A stretch of DNA of 64,000 bases, taken from positions 5,426,485-5,490,484 of the forward strand of contig NC_134027.1 in assembly GCF_964204645.1 (NCBI RefSeq), in the 5' to 3' direction. The translations under genes were made by a program, and so were the position numbers. This DNA is from Tubulanus polymorphus. Lineage: Eukaryota > Animalia > Nemertea. The notes under the pieces were generated by a model. It did no database searches and had not been told where the DNA came from. It saw nothing but the letters and a program-made list of their open reading frames with translations. Below, one piece after another: positions 1-14,233 of the stretch; the stretch's first letter is position 1, and each line of letters starts with the position of its first letter.

Positions 1-808
1 ACCACAGGTCCCGAGAAGCTCTGCAAAATGGCGCGAGCTGCCGTGTGAGGTCTCGCTTCAAAATTATTGTTTTGTAGTAACTTAAGATTAACTATATCCA
101 TGGTTAGCAATCTATATTATATTCATTACTATAAAGATACCATAAAAAGTAAGTTTTCAAGCAGACCTGTCACCACAGGTCTCGAGAAGCTCTGCAAAAT
201 GGCGCGAGCTGCCGTGTGAGGTCTCGCTTCATAATTAATGTTTTTTAGTAACTTAAGATTAACTATATCCATGGTTAGCAATCTATTTTATATTCATTAC
301 TATAAAGATACCATAAAAAGTAAAGTTTTTTCCATTTCATCAGTTTTCAAGCAGACCTGTCACCACAGGTCCCGAAGCTCTGCAAAATGGCGCGCGTTGC
401 CGTGTGAGGTCTCGCTTCATAATTATTGTTTTATAGTAACTTAAGATTAACTCTATCTATGGTTAGCAATTTATATTATACTCTTTACTATAAAGAGACC
501 ATAAAAATTAATGTTTTCCTTCATTTCATCAGTTTTAATGCAGACCTGTCACCACAGGTCTCGAGAAGCTCTGCAAAATGGCGCGAGCTGCCGTGTCAGG
601 TCTCACTTCAAAATTATTGTTTTATAGTAACTTAAGATTAACTCTATCTATGGTTAGCAATTTATATTATACTCTTTACTATATAAAGGTTATAAAAAGT
701 AAAGTTTTTTCAATTTCATCAGTTTTAGTGCAGACCTGTCACCACAGGTCCCGAGAAGCTCTGCAAAATGGCGCGAGCTGCCGTGTGAGGTCTCGCTTCA
801 AAATTATT
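1..808. repeat. Tandem satellite-like array, ~190-bp unit (runs off the left edge)
   Basis: The unit start ACCACAGGTC(C/T)CGA recurs at 1, 172, 362, 551 and 741 (periods 171/190/189/190). Each junction carries the palindrome GACCTGT-cacc-ACAGGTC. Confidence 0.95.
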
Positions 809-1058
809 GAAATCAAATAATTCACAATCATTGCATCTTTACAAGGCAAACATAAATTCTTAAATGAATTCATAACACACCATAGTTTGTTTTTTGTTTT
901 TGAATAATATATTCAGAAAGCACTAAGATATGTTCTTTTTGTTTCTTATCGGCTATCATTTGTTTTAAATCCGCGCCTATCATATCTTCTAATCGTCTAT
1001 CATCGGTTCAGTCATTACGATTTTCATTTTAGCAAATCGACCTGTCACCTGAGGTCCC

Positions 1059-1096
1059 ACCTGTCATGTCAGGTCTTGGGCCCTGACATGACAGGT
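1059..1096. other. Perfect 15-bp-stem hairpin beside the satellite (possible Helitron/Helentron-type end)
   Basis: ACCTGTCATGTCAGG-tcttgggc-CCTGACATGACAGGT, preceded at ~1039 by a degenerate copy of the satellite motif GACCTGTCAC. The transposon-end interpretation is inference. Confidence 0.6.
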
Positions 1097-1322
1097 TCTG
1101 GAAACTCTGCAGACAGACCTAAATGAAGTAACCACATTATAGTATATATTTTAGTCTCCATGCTGAATTTATCTTTGCAATTTTGTATTGCCTTTTTAAT
1201 GGCTTTTCAATAATAAATTATACTTTTTGTTTGTATAATGATGCTAAAACTATGTAGAAATCGCTATAATTCTTCATTTCGAAAAGACGAAGATTATTAA
1301 TCTCTACCCAGACGCTTGTGTA

Positions 1323-1330
1323 TGACGTCA
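1323..1330. promoter_or_regulatory. CRE palindrome upstream of the FBXO7-like ATG
   Basis: TGACGTCA lies about 55 bp upstream of ATG 1384. Motif match only. Confidence 0.3.
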
Positions 1331-1383
1331 TTTGGGATTTTCTGGGATTCCCGTTGCGAGTGAGGAAACACATCTTCAAAACC

Positions 1384-4300
1384 ATGAAATTACGTGTAAA
1401 ATATGGCCCTCGAAGGATTGTCATCGATATCGAAGGCGTTAGTTTGGAAGAATGTACATTAATGGAATTGAAGAAAAAGGTTTCAACTGAATTATCTTTA
1501 CCAGTGTAGGTGTTTAAGCTCGCGACAATATCGTAGTAGATGATCAATTCAATTCAATTATACTTTATTCATCAATCGTAATTTGTTTGTACCATTTTTT
1601 ACAATTTGAAAATACAACATATATTTTGGAATAACAGAGTATTATATTTGTATCGATCTTAAAAATTAGGGATTTCATCTTGACGAATGCATTTGTTGGT
1701 ACCATGTCCAGTGCCAGTCAGTGGTGTCAACTTTGAAAATTGTATTTCAGAGAATCCTTTGAACTTAGTTTGAATGGAACAGATCAGTTATTGGGTGAAG
1801 ATGTCAGCTTAGCGAATCTCGGGATAGTAGCTGGTGATATGGTAACAGTGCTTTCTACAGTTGAACCTCCTAAACCAAATACTGAACAGAGTTTGGTAAA
1901 TATCATAATCTACCTGATTTTGAATAAAATCTAGAATTGTATGAAAATCTAAATGTCTTCCCTCTGAGATGTGTTTGTTAAGCCTATGATTTATCGGTTC
2001 TGAAATTCTGAATGAAGTTAATTTTTACATGTTGCAGCCTACAATTACCTCTCCAGATACGCAAAATGAAGATCCTCCTTCTATTGCAAGTACAGCAACT
2101 GATGAACAGACATCCCAATCGCAACAAGCCATAGATGAGAGTCTTCCGTCAACATCGAGTGACCTACAGGCTATGGATATTTGTCAGACTCCTCCTCCAA
2201 ATGATCCTGTTGTTAATAGATACTTGAAAGAACCTATGCTGTGCTATGAGTCTGTAGATGGCGGTACACTCCCCCAGAACCTTGTACAACTCTATCAGTG
2301 TGTACAACCAACAAAAAAACAGGAAGCTCTATGTATCGTCATCAATGCATTGATGATAGAAAAAGGTTTTGCCCCAAAGGTAAGGGCTTACTATTTTTTC
2401 ATGGGCGAGATGAATTTTGAAGATTTGAAATTGAAGATTATGAAACCTGAGGATATAGTAGAACGGCAGTTTTTCATTGATATTCAGTGTTATTCTGTTG
2501 TTTTTTTTTCAGGTGTCTGAAGAAGATATCTCAGATACTACTGGATCAGTCATTGCCATGCCAATGATGTGGAACCAGATGTCATCTGTTTACACATTAC
2601 AGTTTACACACAGTAGTTGTTATGGTGTGACTGCTGCCGTTACTTGTGTACCTATGGGTGATATTGCTGTAATTCATGGTAAGAAAGTCTTGAATGAGGT
2701 AGAAAATCTTGGATCTGTGTTGTCTATTAGATTGTGCTTTATCTTGTATAATTTACAGGAATCGTTCGAGATCATGATCAGCCCAAATGCAAAATTCAAC
2801 TGAAATGTTCTCATTATGTGTTGACCGTCAGAAAGGGTTTGTTTTTCAAATAGATTGAGTTTTTTATGCAACATGCATCCGAACCACATAATAACTACCA
2901 TATATAATGATGTATAATTCCAGACCCGACTCTAGTTTATACCGGACTTGCCAAATTGTCGAGAGCTTTCAAAGATGCGATTGCTGAACCTCTATTAGAG
3001 AATATGCGGACATGTGAGTTTGACCGTTTCGCTTAGATTTATTTACACATAATCTGGAGTATCAAAGATTATATTCATGTGAAATCTCAATTTCAGGTGT
3101 TGGATTGGATCATACTGGAGGGATATCTGGTCTGGCTCATGAAATAAAGGTAGAATTAGGAATGGAACCATGCAACTGCGTGTGTATTTGAGTGCAGATT
3201 ATACTCATGCTGACTTTTTCTTGTCTTATTTTCAGTTGCATGTCCTGCAGTTCTTGGATGCTCGCAGTTTAGTGCGAATGTCAGGTGTCAACAAAGAATT
3301 TCTTCCACTGTGTCGAGAAAAGATGTTGTGGCGACGTTTATATCTACGTTCCTTTGGAAGTATGTGTTGATGGAGTATAGCATATCTATTTTTCTTGACT
3401 TAAGTTATGCAACGATCTAGATACAGAAAACATCCCTAAAGTGCCTGTGAGACTGAGCAAAAAGTGTACACTCTAGGAAATGTTCACTAACGGGAAAGCC
3501 AGGTTACCTAAGCATAAAAAGTTATTTGAAAAGGCCACTTAACTTAGCCAGGTTGGCACATAATCACTGTTCACTATGTGAAAGTAAATTTTTGTCCCAG
3601 AATAAAGTGTTGTGTTCACTATATATGGAGGTACTGATGTATGAATTTCATATTTTGGGACTGAGCGAGTGGCGTTCATTAAGGGAGGTGTTCGCTAAGG
3701 AAGGTTTTACTGTAAATTTTATTTATTTCCAGGTCGTAGTGATAATTCACTTAATCAAGATTGGATACAGGTAAAATGACTAGTTACTGAAATTTTTTTT
3801 TTGATCATGATGCCTTGAAATACGTCAGAATTGCAGAAGTTCATGTTTTTGTTTGTTCTTCAGTTTTTCAAGGAGGCCGTTCGTCGTAGGAAACAGATGA
3901 GAGAAATGTCTCGAAGATATTATCCAGTTGTGCCACCATTTAGGGGCCCTCATCCTCATTTTCCTCATCAACCTTTCGGTCCGATGCATCCTTTATATGG
4001 AGGAGGGGGTATTGTTGGTGGCGATTATGATCGAATGCCTGGAGGTTAGCTGCTTCATACCACTTTAAAAATTTTCCTTTGATCATACCTAATACAATAA
4101 TACATGTATCTGCTATTCTATCCACTTGTAGCGCATGGGGAAAACTAACTTTGAATTCCATTACAGGTTTTGGACAAGGCGGTTATTTTAATCCAGTGTT
4201 TGGATATCACGATCCACCGATGCATCCTCGATTTGATCCATTTGGTCCAATGCCGGATCAAGAATTCTTCCCAGGAAGAGGTGGAGGGATGTTTGATGGA

Positions 4301-5002
4301 CCTCCCAACGGACATGGAGGTATGTTCGACGGACCTCCCAATGGACATGGAGGTATGTTTGACGGACCTCCCAATGGACATGGAGGTATGTTTGATGAAC
4401 CTCCTCATGGACATGGAGGTATGTTTGATGGACCTCCTCATGGACGTGGTGGTATGTTTGATGGACCTCCTCATGGACATGGGGGTATGTTTGATGGACC
4501 TCCTCATGGACATGGAGGTATGTTTGATGGACCTCCTCATGGACATATGTTTGAAGGACCTCCACATGGACATGGAGGTATGTTTGATGGACCACGCCAT
4601 CATCATTATCATCACCGTGGTCCGGAGCAAAATTTTCGCGGGCCTCGTCCACATCACCATCACCACCATAATGGTTTTCATGGAAATGGTCAACATCGGG
4701 GTCGTGGACATCACCATCATTGTCCAGTCCATCATCGTCAACGGCAAAATCAAGATAATGATCAGCAACAGGAAAATGATATTGATGTTCAAGGTCAACA
4801 AGAAGGACAAGGTGTGAATAATCCTGAAGTAAATGCAAATATTGCTGCAGGGAATAATGCTGGGGTAGAAAATGTTGAATTGGGTCCGGGTCCTGGGAAT
4901 CAACAATTAGACAGGGCTAATGTGCAACCTGGTAGGCCAAGGGGTAGGGGTGGACACCATGGTGGGTTTGGTGGTGGCGCATGTGGCCATCGATTCTTGT
5001 AG
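1384..5002 (+). CDS. FBXO7: F-box only protein 7-like (UBL, FP/PI31-type domain, F-box, Pro-rich tail); multi-exon
   Basis: Spliced exons give MKLRVK...[32 protein letters not shown] (Ubl), [14 protein letters not shown] and [17 protein letters not shown] (FP domain), [22 protein letters not shown]...[10 protein letters not shown] (F-box), then [11 protein letters not shown] and PRFDPFGP (FBXO7/PI31 C-terminal motif). Stop ends at 5002; AATAAA near 5339. Confidence 0.9.
3422..3714. mobile_element. Tc1/pogo(Tigger)-type MITE in an FBXO7 intron
   Basis: Imperfect terminal inverted repeats TACAG-AAAACATCCCTAAAG ... CTAAGGAAGGTTTTACTGTA with TA ends. Confidence 0.6.
4283..4597 (+). repeat. Coding 33-bp minisatellite encoding ([11 protein letters not shown])-like units, ~10 copies
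   Basis: The unit GGAGGTATGTTTGATGGACCTCCTCATGGACAT repeats in frame within the last FBXO7 exon. Confidence 0.95.
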
Positions 5003-5813
5003 AAAATGATGGCTAGCGTGGGGAAATCTACTTATTTTGGAAATACATGTTTGAATTTTATTATTTGGAATGAGTTTTATTATGGGGAAATGCCGGTTAT
5101 GTTCATCGTGTGCTATGGTTATGCATTTTATCAAAATTTTGGCTGGAGTTATCGATCTGAAATGATTATTCGACTAATAATATGTGACCCCAAAATTATT
5201 CTCGGATTAATTCCACTTTGTTTGCATTTGGTTGTGAAAATTACTGTATGTCTGTTTTTCTTTGTTGTGTGTTCAATGGAAAAATTTAAACTAGAAGTTT
5301 GTGTTATATCTAGTCTGTGCTGGATGAGGCTTAATTATAATAAAAAATTGTGATAATCTCTAAAAGTAACTATTTTTCTACCAGTTATCAGATTTTTTTC
5401 TACGGGTAATCAGTTTTTTCACAAACTCCATCATTTTTGTATTGGGAGAAATGGACAAAGGATGGAAAAATGCATTTCAACAATTTCACGCTTGGCTCCA
5501 CTCATTTATTGATAGGAAGAAAATATATTCTACCATAGAATCATTTATTCTCTGTATAGTACAAACAACTTATAATAAATTTTTAAACACATCAAATTAG
5601 TTAAGATAGCATTTACATATCACAGCAAGTAAGAATATATAGTTTTTACACACTGGTCCAGTGACAAAGAGGTAGTGATTTGTAAATTCATTAAAATAAT
5701 CATCTGAAATACGTATTAACTACAGTAATACAACATTTTCATAACTTATTAATAACATCATATAGATCAATCTTATATGAAGTTTTGACGAATGACTGGA
5801 AGTCGTGCATTCA

Positions 5814-8253
5814 TTAATCCCCAGCTTTAAGATCATCAAAGGATTCAACAGTTTCATCTGATTTATTGTCATCTAATTCTCCATTATCAGATGATTTTGC
5901 GGTCGGTGCAGCTGTTACATGGTCAGCCGTGTCACAAATCTTCTTTACCAGAAGATTAAACATGTCTGATCTGTCAGCATATACGTGATGTCCAGCTCCG
6001 CGTATGACCTATTAGATGAATGGAAATTCACTTATCTAGTTATGCTGCTCAGAATTATATAAACCTCGTCTACACTAGCACTAGTCTCAACGTACCCGGG
6101 TTCAACGAAAACCCGCGTTCACAGCGTCTACACTTAACGCAGTTTCGGTAGTAAGAAGCAACATCTGTAGTTCAAGTTCAAGGTCAATTGTGGCGCCCGA
6201 ACCCTGCATTGAACACGGGTTCACTGACTACACTAGCAAAAAATGCAGAGTTTTAACCCTTTCAGTGCGTCTACACCGCAGTGCGGTGTATAAATCAGTG
6301 ATGGATTTTGCTAGTACACCGCACTGCGGTGTATTGATGTAATTAGTAATTAGTAATTATCTCTATTGAAAAATGGCAGCAAGTGTCAAACATAGTGAAA
6401 TACTAGTAACTAACGATACACCGCACTGCGGTGTAGACGCACTATAGTGGTATTCCCATTGTTCAACACACAAGGGTGGAATTTTTTAGAATTTTCAAAT
6501 TTTCTCCAGCACTATAAGGTATTAATTAGTCAGCACTGAAAGGGTTAAGCGAATGCGGGATCAATGCGGAGCGTACCCTTCTTTTTCAAGAAGAGTTTCT
6601 AAACCCAGGTTTTGCGGAAAACTCTGCATTTTGAACCAGTGTTTCATAACGCATAGACGCATAACCCCGGTACAAAATGCTAGTGTAGATGTAGCTATAG
6701 TATTAATATCATTGAAATTAGATTGAATAACACCAAAATTCTCATACCTGCACATCAACATAAGACTCATGTCTTAGATATTTCACGTGATAAGCTATCC
6801 CTGTATCCAACCATGATCTTGACCCATATATCATCGTTATTGGTATGCGTGCTGGAATATTTGTTATGCGATGAACCATCGGGTTTTTCGCCCATCCAAA
6901 TGGAATTGACATGTGTTTGAATGCTGTTTCACCACTAAAAGACAAGACAACGAAACGATAGTTTATTTAGATGTTAATTTTACGCAGCAACAAGTTCCCA
7001 CTAAGAACTGAGCTTACCTCGGATTTTGGGCATTACAATGATATATGTATTGAAAGATAACATTTTCAGGGAGAATAGAAGAAAATATTCGATTTAAATC
7101 CGGACGAAATCGTTGTACAAGTCCAGCACCTAGAAATTTAGAAACACTAATTGACTCGAAATTTACAATTAGGCCTACATGTATATGTATATCTGTATGC
7201 TACGGATACATACCCCAAGGACCAGCAGCTCTGAGCACCGATAGAGGATTGAATGGAGAGAGTAAGGCACCTATCATTCTAGCCCATATAGGTATTGGAT
7301 ATTCGCGTTCATGAATCTGAGGACGTTCAGGAAATCCCCATGGGTCTGCGAGAATCAAGTGTTTTACGTGCTGAGGGTAACTGATAGTATACGAACTAGC
7401 GAGAAAACCACCTAAACTATGTCCGAGTAGTATAAACTGCTCTAAACCCATTGTTTTACGCCATTCTTCAATCGATTCCACGAAAGTCGTTTCTGCTTCC
7501 ATCGCATCTTTGCTAAATGAACATCGTGAGCTCTGTCCGAATCCTAACAGATCAAACGCATAAACGGGTCTCTTTTCAACTAAACTGTCAATATTTAGTG
7601 ACCATAGACCAACTCCCCCACCCATACCATGGATGAGAACAATTGGTAACTTCTCTGATTGTTTCGGATTTGCCCATACTGTCCATATTTGTCTGTTATT
7701 GCTGATGTATACATATCTCGACTGTAAAACTGTTTTGATATCTGAAACATGAATGATGTGCATAAAAAAAACAAACAAATTATCAATTGCATCATTTATT
7801 TCGACATTCGCGCATTTATGGAAACTTACAACTAAAAATACTCTCTTCAACTTTGGCTAGAAATTCTTTAGACGTTGGTACCCATTGAAACCATCCACGA
7901 CGGTAGGCAAGGATCTCTTCTCTACCTTCAACACTTGAGAATTGGATCAAAGACAGAATTAGTTATAGTTACCTGCCATCGTTGAGTGGTAAGCTTTTTA
8001 TAATCGGATGGGCTTATACCAACTGATGCGGTTTGTGAAAATATCCGATCGTGAAACTAAACCAAAGTCAGATTACTGACTAAAACAGAATATCACTCAT
8101 CGTTATCGAATTGTTATGAGATACTGGGCTGATACTGATGGTCTCAGTCAGTCGTCAAGATCAGACTAGTGCCAACTCCTTTGCTGCTTCTTGCTATTAG
8201 TTAGTATCTTTAATCAATTTACACAGAAGGACTTACCTCTCAATCTCTGACAT
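5814..8253 (-). CDS. ABHD4: Alpha/beta hydrolase ABHD4/ABHD5 family; about 6 coding exons
   Basis: Motifs LIHGMGGGVGLWSLN, FDLLGFGQSSR, the GHSLGG nucleophile elbow with Ser, LILADPWGFP, YIYHCNAQNP, ITMIYGSRSWLD and VIRGAGHHVYAD. ATG at 8253; TAA at 5816-5814. Orthology to ABHD4 versus ABHD5 is unresolved. Confidence 0.9.
6064..6696. mobile_element. Outer MITE-like element in the last ABHD4 intron
   Basis: Terminal inverted repeats TCTACACTAGCA ... TGCTAGTGTAGA, plus an internal inverted pair AAAATGCAGAGTTTT / AAAACTCTGCATTTT. It is interrupted by the element at 6257-6544. Confidence 0.65.
6257..6544. mobile_element. piggyBac-type MITE (288 bp) with TTAA target-site duplication
   Basis: TTAA|CCCTTTCAGTGC ... 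GCACTGAAAGGG|TTAA (perfect 12-bp TIR), with three internal TACACCGCA(G/C)TGCGGTGTA palindromes. Confidence 0.85.
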
Positions 8254-8799
8254 GGTGATCGAAATTGTGTATGAAAAAAATTAATCCAAAATCGATTTGC
8301 TACGACAAAAAAATATGGTTATACGCGCGTGATCGTGGCGCACATTTTCTTTGACACCAGGAAACCCGGAAGTAATAGAAAAACAAAAAGGGAATTCCGT
8401 GACGTATAAACACTGCGGACCGGACTGTGGACACGGACTGTGGACCGGACATAATACTCGAGTGCGACGGATCCAGCGGGCCATTTGGCCAGTTCAGCGA
8501 CGTGAAATCTATTGTATCCTTATAAATTAACTATTACCGTTACAACCTGAGAGTCCCCGAGACAGGAAAAATCACCGAAACTTCAAAAATATTACAGAAA
8601 CACCTGAAAACATCTGACCATTTGATATATTTCGGTATGTGACTCGGTGGACACCAGATGCCCGACTGCCATTAACTTGGAGTTAGATAGATCCTTCATC
8701 AGTTCCTAGAAACAAATAAAGAATCAAACGTTTTCGATTGACTTCAATCATTGTGTGTGTTTTTTAAAATATAAAATGGTCTTTCCCCACTATATCAAC

Positions 8800-11103
<2,304 letters not shown>

Positions 11104-11109
11104 GGTGCC

Positions 11110-11670
11110 TGTAGAACGGATTTATTCTCTCGAGGGGCTGAAACTGGAGGGATTATTTGCTCAATGTCGATATTTCAAATATATTTGGGAACAAGAAAAT
11201 CAACCAGAGACCTACCTCGCTGGATTCCGATGACAATGATGGAATTGGGGTGTTGCAGCTACTAATAAAAAATTCACAGCTGTTTCGCCGCTTCAATTTC
11301 ATATTGATTCATGATTCGATTAGAAATCGCCGAAAACTAATAAAGACATATTTGCACGAATTCGTTTTTATTATCTATGGAGTGCTCCTGACATGCTGGT
11401 CTCAAAATATATATTGCTTGTAGAACTGGATTTATTCTCTCGAGGGGCTGAAACTGGAGGGATTATTTGCTCAATGTCGATATTTCAAATATATTTTGGA
11501 ACAAGAAAATCAATCAGAGACATACCTCGCTGGATTCCGATGGCAATGATGGAATTGGGGTGTTGCAGCTACTAATAAAACATTCACAACTGTTTCGCCG
11601 CTTCAATTTGCACGAATTCGTTTTATTATCTATGGAGTGCTCCTGACATGCTGATCTCAAAATATATATT
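11110..11670. repeat. Recent tandem duplication, ~310-bp unit
   Basis: GTAGAAC(T)GGATTTATTCTCTCGAGGGGCTGAAACTGG... starts at ~11111 and again at ~11420. The copies are near-identical; the second lacks an internal segment of about 60 bp. Confidence 0.9.
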
Positions 11671-12043
11671 TAGATCTTAATGATTATACTTATCCAGTAT
11701 TGCTGAATGAAGCGTCATCAGTATAATCAAATTCGTGTTTCTGTGTTATAAAAGTACATTGGTGGAAACTGAATGTAATATTTTTTTCATTGTGACCCGA
11801 TTCCGCCATTTGACTGTAAACCCGACGTTTTCCCAGCGAACCGATTTTCGATGCAAGCGTTTTGAAGGATTGAAAAACTTCGTCTGAACCGATACGAAAA
11901 ACAAGATCAAAATTTGTATGTCCAGCTAGAAATATATTTATTCATGTTAATAAAAATATAATAATACTGTGATAATCATTATTATTGTTAATTTGTACAC
12001 CACTGTGCATTCCTTCATTTACTTCTAAACATACGTTAACTTT

Positions 12044-14233
12044 TTAAGAATAGGCCGGACACTTGCTAGCAGCTGTTTGGGAGGCTTGTCCACCTGCTAT
12101 ATTTGAAAGTTTCATGAGGAATGGATTGGGGTCGTACCATATATCAAGGGTCTGAATTTTAAGGTCGTCGTTGACGGTAGCGACGCACATGCCGTATAAT
12201 TCAATAGTTTCTCCAGTTGGCTGGTGCTCTCTATACGGGCCGGTCCACTCAGCCCAGTGCCTCCATTTGAATGCAACTTTCGGTGGCCCTGCAAATATAA
12301 AATACACGATCAACCTGGGCCCGATTTTGTCACAATGTTTTATAGTTACTAATACAATCAATTCGTATCATTGATACGTATGTGGATTTTCTTTGGAGTT
12401 AATGGGAAGAATTGCGAATAGAATTATTTGAAACTAAGAAAAGAAGATATATAGAATGTATCATTTAATAATATTATAGATTGTATCATCTAATAATATA
12501 GAGTGTATCATTTAATAATAATTTATAGGCAGTACTGTTCCGTAAGACGGAGACATGACCTGATCAATCAAAGCCCTGTGAGCTGGTCATATGGTCAGTA
12601 CTGATAATAATGAGACACACGCTCTCTCTCTTTTCCTGCTCAAGCAAGCCGTGGTCACTTGAGTTTCGCAATAAAGTAGCATTTCTTTACTAATAGCAGT
12701 AGATTTATTTGTGAGCTAGGACTCTGTATCATACCCCTGAGGCATTTTGTATACAATTTTATTTTGTTTTTACGGAACTAATAGAAACAGAATCCACCGG
12801 ATATTCAGTTAATAAATGCATAAATCGAAAAATGATGAATAAATCCTTTTTAGGATGTAAAAATGTTGAGGATTTATTGGACTAGCCTGACAGTTTTTGC
12901 AACATTTAAACCGTGTGAATCTCTAGTTTTTATTTATGCAACGATCATTTCTCAAATTTGCAACAATGCGACATGAGACTGGGTAAACCCGGAATGACAA
13001 TACACGCGCTGCAGTTAAAGAGCCATAGAATAAAAACTAGGCAAGATATCTTAAGATTTAAAAGTTCACTTGAAAGGGGGCGTTTATGCGCGCAGTTCTT
13101 GAAATGTTTGGATTTTTTAGAAAGTTATTTCTGAAAATGATGAACTTCAAATTTCAGTACCCTGGATTTTTATGCGCGCAGCAAAAACTGACCACCGATT
13201 TTTATATCGCTCTCATGTCGCATTGTTGCAAATTTGAAAAATGATCTTTGCATAAATAAAAACTAGAGATGCACACGGTTTAAATGTTGCTAAAACTGTC
13301 AAAATCCATCCAGGGACAGATGAGATATGATAAAACACGCATCACAAATAGTTCCTAAAAAGGAGAAAATAATGACCCAACAATACAGGACAAAAGTACC
13401 CTAACAAAACGGCTAGCAACTGTAAAATGGTTTATTCTTATTACTATAAAACCTACAAATTGGTTCACTTATAAACATGTAGAAAAATAAAATATGTCCT
13501 GCAGTAGTTTCTTCTCAACGACATTGGATATGATTGGTGATTACCTGAATATAACTCGAGTACTTCCCAAGCAAACCCTGTCGGGAATGCCGTTTTAAAA
13601 ACACTATGAGATGATTCATTCGTTTCTTTGCTCACGTCGTAGATTGGAGAATCGTACATCATCATGTTATAATTGCCCATGCGGATATTGTCCTGGATCG
13701 TGAAGCTTCGGATACCATTGACGTTGAATGTATAATTAGTTTTATCAATCGTACCCCAATCCTAAAATAGAAGAAAATCACTTCACACAACGAACATTAA
13801 AATAAGTGACTGATTCTAATGCTAATCGTAATCAACCGATAATTAATTCATATCAATTAAGATTAAAACAATTGTAAATCCAACCTTCACGTAACGAAAA
13901 AAATTTTTTACCTAAAATCAAATATCTATTATTTCGTTATTCTATTACAGTATCGACAATTCGCAATTTCATTGGAAAACACCGAACTGCTTTTGTTAAA
14001 TCATCTACGCACATTACCTTCTCATCGATTTTATGTGTACTTTCCATTTCCCATGTTTTTACTAAGTTCTCGACCAATTTTTCAAGTGATCCTTCCGCGT
14101 GGTTTGTCGTTTTCCCTTTCATATACAAAGCGTTAGCCGCGTCATAATTTGGTTTTTTTGTCTTCCATGAGATATTCGGATCGTCCATGTAGGAGCGAGT
14201 AGGTATTTGGGATTTTTCTTGAGACGATGCCAT
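12044..14233 (-). CDS. 'Pathogen-related protein'-like (plant/fungal PRP family, NTF2/SnoaL-like C-terminus)
   Basis: Exons 14233-14018, 13761-13545 and 12288-12044. Motifs PNYDAANALYMKGKTTNHAEGSLEKLVENLVKTWEMESTHK, MGNYN, SHSVFKTAFPTGFAWEVLELYSGPPKVAFKWRHW and IWYDP match my recollection of this family. Confidence 0.85.
12888..13301. mobile_element. Foldback/MITE-like element with ~90-bp terminal inverted repeats
   Basis: 12888-12977 (TGACAGTTTTTGCAACATTTAAACCGTGTG...GCGACATGAG) is the near-perfect reverse complement of 13212-13301. It lies in intron 2 of the PRP-like gene. Confidence 0.8.

Noticed and set aside
1-808. Possible CRISPR-like array (also considered for 15204-15448)
   Set aside because: Whole units repeat with no unique spacers, there are no cas genes, and the context is eukaryotic.
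238-820. Three similar short ORFs
   Set aside because: They are translations of the satellite units, with no domain, and frames shift between units.
4145-4906. Three long overlapping ORFs in other frames and strands
   Set aside because: A by-product of the 33-bp coding repeat lacking stops. Only the frame continuing PRFDPFGP fits FBXO7.
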